Part shown: positions 11,341 to 19,400 of the stretch, one piece after another | Numbering within the stretch: position 1 is the stretch's first letter | Layout: each line of letters opens with the position of its first letter | Assembly: GCA_024626585.2 (NCBI GenBank) | Contig: JANKJI020000004.1 | Coordinates: forward strand, 22,914,621 to 22,934,020 | Direction: 5' to 3' | Length of the DNA: 19,400 nucleotides | Source of the DNA: Ginkgo biloba | Taxonomy: Eukaryota > Plantae > Ginkgophyta | Translations under genes and position numbers: made by a program | The notes under the pieces: generated by a model | The model's input: the letters and a program-made list of their open reading frames with translations, nothing else | Told to the model about the DNA's origin: nothing | Databases searched by the model: none

Positions 11341-12402
11341 CCCATGGACATGGAATTTTAACTCAAGTTTTGTTTCAAATTTTCAAATCTCCTTCTAGAA
11401 GGCAACCTTGGCCTCTATTGTTGAACTTGACACATAGTACATTTGAAGGTATGTAATGGTTCGCATAGAGAAAGAGGCCCTTGAACCATTGGAGTAAGAT
11501 GCTCTTCCTTCTAAAAATATTGTCTGACCAAGCTTTACTATTATCTATGTATCGTTATGTGATAGTATGGGAAATCACCAAGGATTCTTGTGCACATATT
11601 CTGTTGTGTTGATTTATTTGTTTGTGAGGTTATATGCAGAATTCAATTTATAGCATGACTAAATAGTAAATGTTACTTCTTACTCAGTNNNNNNNNNNNN
11701 NNNNNNNNNNNNNNNNNNNNNNNNNNNNNNNNNNNNNNNNNNNNNNNNNNNNNNNNNNNNNNNNNNNNNNNNNNNNNNNNNNNNNNNNNNNNNNNNNNNN
11801 NNNNNNNNNNNNNNNNNNNNNNNNNNNNNNNNNNNNNNNNNNNNNNNNNNNNNNNNNNNNNNNNNNNNNNNNNNNNNNNNNNNNNNNNNNNNNNNNNNNN
11901 NNNNNNNNNNNNNNNNNNNNNNNNNNNNNNNNNNNNNNNNNNNNNNNNNNNNNNNNNNNNNNNNNNNNNNNNNNNNNNNNNNNNNNNNNNNNNNNNNNNN
12001 NNNNNNNNNNNNNNNNNNNNNNNNNNNNNNNNNNNNNNNNNNNNNNNNNNNNNNNNNNNNNNNNNNNNNNNNNNNNNNNNNNNNNNNNNNNNNNNNNNNN
12101 NNNNNNNNNNNNNNNNNNNNNNNNNNNNNNNNNNNNNNNNNNNNNNNNNNNNNNNNNNNNNNNNNNNNNNNNNNNNNNNNNNNNNNNNNNNNNNNNNNNN
12201 NNNNNNNNNNNNNNNNNNNNNNNNNNNNNNNNNNNNNNNNNNNNNNNNNNNNNNNNNNNNNNNNNNNNNNNNNNNNNNNNNNNNNNNNNNNNNNNNNNNN
12301 NNNNNNNNNNNNNNNNNNNNNNNNNNNNNNNNNNNNNNNNNNNNNNNNNNNNNNNNNNNNTGCTTGAATTTTTCACCATTGGTTCATTGGTTCATTTATG
12401 AT

Positions 12403-12645
12403 TTGTATTAGACATTTTCATCTTCTTCTTGTATTTTAATATTCCAGTTTTGTGAGTCTCATCATAAAGATACCTAGGAATATTCTTTTATGCTAACTAG
12501 GCTTGAGGACAGAATCTATCATTCTAGACAGGGAAAGGCCCATCTTACAAAACAAAGCCTTCATATCCATGTCCTCGTTGTCAAGATCAACACTGTTGGA
12601 TACAACAATTGTATTAGACATCTTCGTCTTGTATTTTAATATTCC
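12403..12645. repeat. ~40 bp direct repeat pair flanking a ~160 bp spacer
   Basis: ttgtattagacattttcatcttcttcttgtattttaatattcc (12403-12445) versus ttgtattagacatcttcgtcttgtattttaatattcc (12609-12645). Confidence 0.85.
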
Positions 12646-13542
12646 GTTCTTGTTATGGTGGATATTTCATTTATTACTAGATACTTACCATTGCTGATCA
12701 ATTCCTTGGATCTTTGAATTCAAGTATGGCTGCAAATGTTACATTGTTGTTTATTGGATCAAGATATATGCAGTGACTATTGTAAATTATATTACTGTCC
12801 ATATTCTTCATTGTTGANNNNNNNNNNNNNNNNNNNNACCCAATGAGACTTATGTTATCGACTTATGAATCAACTATTATTTTTGAAGCACCACCAAATA
12901 ATTTTCATGGTTTTGGGGAAAAAATTCTTATTTTCTAAGTTTAAGGACAAGAAAGCAAACTAGATCTTGGCATGCTCCACCAGTTCAGCCTATCAGATCT
13001 TTACAAGATTTGTTTGCACATGAGAGTTCACAAGTGCCTAAAAGATTTTGTATACTATTTGTCTTTGAGACTAGATCTTTTAATTTTCTAGGATCTTTTT
13101 GTGCTGGACATTCTAGAGAGGCATGTTGCTCAGCATAGTGAGCAGTTGCCAATCATTCTTTATTAGTCAGGCAACAAGCATAAGAATAGTCATTGCATCA
13201 AAATCACACAACTCCTTGAGAATACAAGAATAACCACTTTATTTGGGGATCCCTGATAGCCCAGCGAATCAAATACTATCAATTGATTGTTAATGGTAAG
13301 ATGAAGGTGGAGAGTTGTGTTGATTACCTTGTCTATAAGAGTATTTAGATCAGAATATACTTGATTTGAATATGAAATTTTATCATAAATATCCTCCATG
13401 CAATGGACTTTGTGTTTCTTCATGGAGAAAGATTCACATTGTTAACCCCTGAATTGCACTTAGCAATCCCGGTGTTAATCCACAGCCAAATTACATCAGG
13501 CTGAATTTATTTAAGTATTGATGATGAAAGAGAGTGAATGGA

Positions 13543-14305
13543 NNNNNNNNNNNNNNNNNNNNNNNNNNNNNNNNNNNNNNNNNNNNNNNNNNNNNNNNNN
13601 NNNNNNNNNNNNNNNNNNNNNNNNNNNNNNNNNNNNNNNNNNNNNNNNNNNNNNNNNNNNNNNNNNNNNNNNNNNNNNNNNNNNNNNNNNNNNNNNNNNN
13701 NNNNNNNNNNNNNNNNNNNNNNNNNNNNNNNNNNNNNNNNNNNNNNNNNNNNNNNNNNNNNNNNNNNNNNNNNNNNNNNNNNNNNNNNNNNNNNNNNNNN
13801 NNNNNNNNNNNNNNNNNNNNNNNNNNNNNNNNNNNNNNNNNNNNNNNNNNNNNNNNNNNNNNNNNNNNNNNNNNNNNNNNNNNNNNNNNNNNNNNNNNNN
13901 NNNNNNNNNNNNNNNNNNNNNNNNNNNNNNNNNNNNNNNNNNNNNNNNNNNNNNNNNNNNNNNNNNNNNNNNNNNNNNNNNNNNNNNNNNNNNNNNNNNN
14001 NNNNNNNNNNNNNNNNNNNNNNNNNNNNNNNNNNNNNNNNNNNNNNNNNNNNNNNNNNNNNNNNNNNNNNNNNNNNNNNNNNNNNNNNNNNNNNNNNNNN
14101 NNNNNNNNNNNNNNNNNNNNNNNNNNNNNNNNNNNNNNNNNNNNNNNNNNNNNNNNNNNNNNNNNNNNNNNNNNNNNNNNNNNNNNNNNNNNNNNNNNNN
14201 NNNNNNNNNNNNNNNNNNNNNNNNNNNNNNNNNNNNNNNNNNNNNNNNNNNNNNNNNNNNNNNNNNNNNNNNNNNNNNNNNNNNNNNNNNNNNNNNNNNN
14301 NNNNN
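13543..14305. other. Large N gap (others at 1580-2337 and 11689-12360, plus many small ones)
   Basis: Runs of N; ORF-track entries spanning these are artefacts. Confidence 0.99.
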
Positions 14306-14845
14306 ATTCATCAAGTTTGGTCTTCAACTTTGAAAGTTATCCCAAGATTTAACGACAATGATCCCTTTTTAAAATGAACAAATCCTCAGCCTCCATTACC
14401 TATTCCAATTTAAAACTTGTACTATAATCTTTATTGGTAACATGATCTTTCCATTAAATTATTTCTTTGTTCAATAAATATTCATCTTTAGTATAGGCCT
14501 CTCCATAAAGTTTAGTATCTAAATATGATCTTCATACAACCATCTACAACTTATAGATAAGAACACATACTTATAATGAAACTTCTTGTCTTTTCTCCTA
14601 CACCTTTTGATCCATTCTAGTGAGGGATTTATGACATATCCCTACAATCTTTATTTTCTTAAATAATCTAATCTCATCTGATGGCATGATATAAGTGGAT
14701 GGTTCCATCGTAATCAACTATGTTAGGGACTGTTCAAATTCCCTCAATTTGTTCTTAATGGATGCTTTTTTACTCTTCAATTGGGAATTCTCCCTTGATA
14801 ATTCATCCACCTTTAATTTTAAGGCTTCAAAAGAAACCTCATGAA
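14306..14845 (-). pseudogene. Decayed coiled-coil-like ORF of unknown family, probably TE-derived
   Basis: HEVSFEALKLKVDELSRENSQLKSKKASIKNKLREFEQSLT*...LSKLKTKLDE read in one frame with interspersed stops. Confidence 0.4.
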
Positions 14846-14984
14846 ATTTAACTATTTTATGGGTTGATAAATGGCCCACATCCAATTATGTCTCTTGGAT
14901 AGTGAAATTTTCTATAGGAATGGCAATTTTGGGTCTAGAATCCTTAATATTGGCTTCCCTAATCTTGACATATTTCTTACATAC

Positions 14985-15055
14985 ATAAAAATCAAGGCGA
15001 ATGCTTCCCAACCATCGGTACTTCTCAGATTCAATGTCAATGTCTGCAATGAGTC
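14985..15055 (-). CDS. SPHK1: SPHK exon (71 nt) (G)LIADIDIESEKYRWLGSIRLDFY, sphingoid-base-binding region
   Basis: ggctttccag|GACTCATTGCA...GATTTTTAT|gtatgt; carries the DIDIESEKYRW signature; the preceding intron 15056-15353 is 298 nt. Confidence 0.95.
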
Positions 15056-18000
15056 CTGGAAAGCCCATCAGCTTACATTTCAGCACCATAAAATATCTAC
15101 ACTGTTCTCAGCTTTCCTTCAAAAAAAAGGAATGAAAGCAACCTTTTTACCTAGAGGTGTACAATAATGAGTTCAGTAATTAATTCCCAATTCTTTTGGA
15201 AGAAATGATGCCAGGGATAAGATTATACTTGTCTTTACAAAAGATGCAACAAAGAAATCAATGGCTACTCATTAAACCAACCGCCTCACTTCCAATGCAA
15301 CAGATAATATGCCAAGAGCAGTCCACATTTGACATCTTTATGTTTGCACATACCCCATGTAAGCATCAAGACACTAAAAAACCTCGCTTGCCCCTGCACA
15401 ACAGTGGCCACATCTAATGGTCGCTTGTGGCCTGGAAGGAAAACTTATGTCAAAAATCAATAGCCTTTTTCAAGAATTATGCTAAGCAATTTTATTTTCC
15501 TCTCATGCATTATCTTTTCATTCCATTTCTTGTTGAAACTTTTCTCATTGTCCCTATTATGCCACCCAGCCTTTCTATCCACCCCTTTTAAATATTTTTG
15601 CTTCTTTGCTCGCTCTCCATTTTACATAGTGAATCTTGATACATACAAGATATCATTCCAATTCTTATGCAAATGTACAAAGATGAAACTTAAATGATAG
15701 AACTAATGCCAAGCCTTAATTTGTTAAAGGGCAACAAAGAAACAGGTGCATTTACATGACAAGAAATCAAATGAAGATTTCCTCTTTATTACTACATAGC
15801 AAGAACTAACTCTGGATTATGAGGAACAAGCATCGGAACTCCCAATAAGTCCATCAACAGAAGCAGCAAATGAAAGCAAAGAGATACCTAACATCTACAA
15901 CCACAAACAAAAAATGCATAAATTATCAACNNNNNNNNNNNNNNNNNNNNNNNNNNNNNNNNNNNNNNNNNNNNNNNNNNNNNNNNNNNNNNNNNNNNCG
16001 GCAGCATCCATCAAAGATTTGGCCATACCGTTGCCTGTACCTGTCGTTATAAAAGACAAGTTTATAACATCAAAAGGAAAAGAAAACAGACATACAACAA
16101 TTAAGTTCAAAAACTGAAATGATGAATGGACATCACAAAAAATATAACACTGCATCAGAGTCTTAACAAAGACGTGGATATCATAACTTCAAACAATTTG
16201 CAGGAAGGTCACAGCTCTTAAAGAGGTAGTAACCCTCTCCAGCACATGTTGGGGTATTGCTTAAGGATTAAGTNNNNNNNNNNNNNNNNNNNNNNNNNNN
16301 NNNNNNNNNNNNNNNNNNNNNNNNNNNNNNNNNNNNNNNNNNNNNNNNNNNNNNNNNNNNNNNNNNNNNNNNNCTAAATGCATTTTCTATCAAATCACTT
16401 GGTTGAAAATTGGGTAACATCTTCTAGGCACTAATCATCTTATTGAATAAAACGGGACCACTAGATTGATTAGTCTGTTACTGATAACCCCTTTCTAGGA
16501 TCTTCTCCCCTCTTCACTAGAAGTTGCTTTCAATATTCCCAAGCCCCCTAGATGGAATTGAACACTATCACCTCTGTAATCTAGAATTTGGCAAGCATCA
16601 ATATTAGGGTTTGAAGTGGGAGACTTCTCCAACATTTCTTGCCATTAATTTGGCCTACTAGGATATTATGGTGTATGAGAACTTTCTAGGCCTCCATTCC
16701 CTCCACTTCTCTAATGATGCATTTGGAGCATAGAGAGAGGATTTAGTGATATATAATAATAATTTCCAATCCACCTTATGCTTTATCAGTGCAATAAATT
16801 TCCCATTTCACTCAGTGAAACCCTTTTTTTTTGGTAGAGGGGGACCATAGAAAAATCCTAACCAACTTCTAAATCCAATTATAGGATGACTTGGATGGAC
16901 CCAACATGAGTAATAAAAATACATAGTATTAAGCACTTTGGAAGTGATCTAAAGTTAGGATGGAAGACTTATAATCCTTGTTCCAACTTCTTTTCTACCA
17001 TGTTAATAACATAGTTCCACATATCTTTGAGCAACGCTTAGAATTCAAAAGGGATTCTTAAGAATTTAAATAATTTTCCAATGGAAATTCATGTATGCTG
17101 ATTTTTGTGGACAACGGGCTTTATGTGTGCAGGCTTTTATTTGTGGGAAGTTTCTTACTCCCTCCCTGATAAGAAGACTCTTGTTAACTTGTTTGTTCAC
17201 TAGTATCACTCAATGGCAACCTCCTAAGCATCTACTTCCATTGGAGGCAACACTAATGGGGAGAGGGTGTGACCATTCCAAATCTCCCCCTTGGAAGTAT
17301 GCCACTGTTTCGTCTTCAACAGCAGGGCAGGGTCACCATAAGACCATAGAAATGCCATGCATGCAGAACAACATGCTCTGGTTCATAGTCTAGGCTGCAA
17401 ATCTATCTATTGCACATTAGCAAAACTGGATACAGATACCTCCTGCCTTGAAGTGGTAGCAGATAGCTGGGTTCAAGAAGAGCTAGAGAATGCAAGGCTT
17501 GGATGTTGTTAAGCCTGTAAGTACTATGGCTTCCAAGTGTTCAAGCAACAATGAGTTGCCAATACCTTGATGGTTCCAGTCATTCTCGTGTATTCTAGCT
17601 TCTAAGTATTATTAGTGCTATGACTAACTGGACTACTACCATGTTTCTTCTTTAAGTTTCCAGTATTTTGTCATTTGTGTGACACTTAATTTCAGATTTC
17701 TAGTACAAGTATTATTTCTATTTTCTAAAACCCTAACCTACCAGCTAGTTAATCATTTTGAAAATGTGTCATATTTGTAACTGTTCCTGCCTCATATCCG
17801 TATCCTGGTAACACGGGACAAAACCATTGAGATTTAAGGTATTGCACATAGCTGTTGCTAAGTACACTGCTTTTACAATACATGGCATTAATCATCCGAC
17901 TTTAGGGTGTGGTTTCAAGTGAGAACTAAGTAAAATAATGTTATGATTCCCAGCTGTGAATNNNNNNNNNNNNNNNNNNNNNNNNNNNNNNNNNNNNNNN

Positions 18001-18354
18001 NNNNNNNNNNNNNNNNNNNNNNNNNNNNNNNNNNNNNNNNNNNNNNNNNNNNNNNNNNNNNTGAGTAGTTATAGGCTGAATGGATTAGTTGAAAGAAGAT
18101 GTGAAATCCCATACGAAATGCTCCATCCTTTCATCAAATGAAAATGCATGCATGCAAAATATGCCAAATAAGAAGCCCCATATAAAATGGAGTATATCGG
18201 CCTCAACTGCTCCTTGACGAGAAAATAAAACATAGAAGTTATTCCTCAAATTTAGGAAGAGGTATGTGATAGCCATCATACCAGCTGGAATGATCCCAAG
18301 AGGCATCTTTATTGCAAGTTCCCAATCCGTTCTCTCCAACAGACCATTTACAAC
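14985..18354 (-). CDS. SPHK1: Partial multi-exon sphingosine kinase / long-chain base kinase gene (4 internal exons visible)
   Basis: Spliced translation [39 protein letters not shown][gap]-GHKRPLDVATVVQGQARFFSVLMLTW-GLIADIDIESEKYRWLGSIRLDFY follows the plant SPHK motifs (VVNGL, PAGTGNG, LDVA, WGLxADIDIESEKxRWxGxxR) in order. All visible boundaries are GT-AG and phases are compatible. The symbol means SPHK1-like; paralog identity is not resolved. Confidence 0.95.
15354..15431 (-). CDS. SPHK1: SPHK exon (78 nt) (G)HKRPLDVATVVQGQARFFSVLMLTW-G
   Basis: ttttccttccag|GCCACAAGCGA...CTTACATGGG|gtatgt; phase 1 to phase 1. Not in the ORF track (no start codon); translated by hand. Confidence 0.95.
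15999..16040 (-). CDS. SPHK1: SPHK exon, visible 5' part (G)[14 protein letters not shown]; 3' end and donor lie in the N gap 15931-15998
   Basis: Acceptor ttttataacgacag|GTACAGGCAACGGTATGGCC completes the G codon from the previous exon and gives the conserved PAGTGNG motif. Confidence 0.92.
16375..17075 (-). mobile_element. L1-type LINE ORF2 fragment (region C-terminal to RT), decayed, inside an SPHK intron
   Basis: FKFLRIPF...MWNYVINMVEKKL...SKVL...YYSCW...KLVRIFLW...H*VKWEIYCTDKA*GGLEI...EA*KVL...SI*GAWE...SI*W corresponds to L1 motifs YLGIP, R-FLW, V-W...K-GGLG and SIWW, with stops and frameshifts. Confidence 0.88.
17094..17816 (+). mobile_element. Internally deleted hAT DNA transposon remnant with BED zinc finger
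   Basis: DHSKSPPWKYATV...GQG, then frameshifted *KCHACRTTCSGS*SRLQIYLLHISKTG...SCLEV, matching plant hAT BED fingers (PLWKYV...WxCxxC...GSYSRVxxHLL...C). The right end CATATCCGTATCCTGGTAACACGG resembles hAT termini. Left terminus not found. Confidence 0.7.
18282..18354 (-). CDS. SPHK1: SPHK exon (73 nt) [25 protein letters not shown]
   Basis: Minus strand gtctag|GTTGTAAATGGT...ATTCCAGCTG|gtatga; 24 codons plus 1 nt; ends in phase 1. Confidence 0.95.
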
Positions 18355-19400
18355 CTAGACCACAATATTCAATTTATTTCAATAAGAAAACCATTACAAA
18401 TAATTGTTTTAAAAATCATTTGGAACTTGCATCCATCTATGAGTGAACAATAATATTATTCTTATAGAACTCATTCATTTAGTTTTTAGCCAAAATCATG
18501 TGGTTTGCTATATAATAATTTTTAAGGTCACTATGTGCACCAACCCATTGAGAAGAGATCCATAGGAACATCTTTTCTATCAGAAGATGAATTGTTTTTA
18601 TCATTGAAATAAGAAATGCCTGCTAACCTGCATTAGCACCTACAAATTTGCTTCCTCAAATTATGTGCAAATGAAACTTACCTTAGGGGAAACTACTATG
18701 TATGCCTCAACCAACAAAAAATGAACTTTAGATCAGCCTAGCATCGACAAACAGAGATTTGCAGAAAGCTTTCAAGTCTTTCATACTTAACTTGTGATAA
18801 TCAGAATGAATAGCAGTCAGCCAGTACCACCTCCTACATTCTTCTTGTACTTTCATTGTATAGATACAAACAACATGATACAAAAAAAAATTTGGCCACG
18901 TGGAATCTCTACCTTTAGTTGGGAACACAATGGCCTAAAGGCTAATTCAAATTTGTTTCCCAAGTTTACCATGCAGTCGGTATGAAGAATCAGATATTAT
19001 CCTTGATGCTCCTGCTTTGATAAGTATTACACAATACTAGATGATACAATGTTCAAGTCCTTTACGGATTTCGCCTGTAACCACTACCGACCCAATGTAT
19101 AATAAGATTAAAAGCTCAGGAGCCTTCTTGAGCACTGTGACAATTAGGAATGGTCAAGGAGGTTCACTAAATCATTGTGTGACTAGAAACTTTACAAAAA
19201 TAACATAAGCTCCAATAGAATTGAGTCTGTTCATGTGACCACTGAGAATTTCCAAATTGAATCACGATGATGTGGAGTTCAGTTCAGTTTATTATCATGA
19301 AGTCTTCTAGGGATAGGGTGCAATGCTCAACACAAATAGCATTGCATTCATTAGATACAAGTAGTCATTCTTTAGGAGAAAGCTTCGTTCAGGGAAACAA

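Noticed and set aside
10940-11468. Complete CRM-type solo LTR from TGATG to TTCGCATA
   Set aside because: No CATCA end and the flanks (GGCAT vs GAGAA) are not a TSD.
13190-13423. GYQG in the minus ORF as a possible downstream SPHK exon
   Set aside because: Lacks the flanking FVPAPG and HNVPW motifs; a four-residue coincidence.
13515-13542. TGATGA C-box-like words (also near 16118) as intronic snoRNAs
   Set aside because: Opposite strand to the host gene, with no supported D box or terminal stem.
1548-14377. Long ORFs in the track (1548-2480, 11670-12401, the 13491-14377 set)
   Set aside because: Almost entirely X; artefacts of N gaps.
18728-18985. Short ORFs 18728-18928 and 18794-18985
   Set aside because: No recognisable domain or SPHK similarity; intronic chance ORFs.

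Overview
AT-rich, gap-ridden eukaryotic (land-plant) genomic DNA. The TE-stuffed long introns, heavy CpG/CHG decay and the style of the L1 element suggest a large-genome seed plant such as a gymnosperm (inference). The only clear host gene is a minus-strand sphingosine/long-chain-base kinase (SPHK1-like, DAGK catalytic family). Four consecutive internal exons with GT-AG boundaries and consistent phases lie at 18354-18282, 16040-(gap), 15431-15354 and 15055-14985. Neither the upstream SGDG exon nor the downstream exons are visible, so the first ~15 kb is probably one giant intron unless exons are hidden in N gaps. The remainder is a pile of decayed, partly nested transposons: Ty1/copia gag-protease split by a solo LTR, Ty3/gypsy gag-protease, chromodomain and RT fragments, an L1 LINE fragment, a hAT BED-finger remnant, LTR-like tracts, short repeat arrays and a few decayed ORFs I cannot assign. 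I found no convincing novel biological system. The best leads are a possible antisense spliced unit inside the giant intron, the unassigned coiled-coil ORF fossils, and a tandem splice donor.
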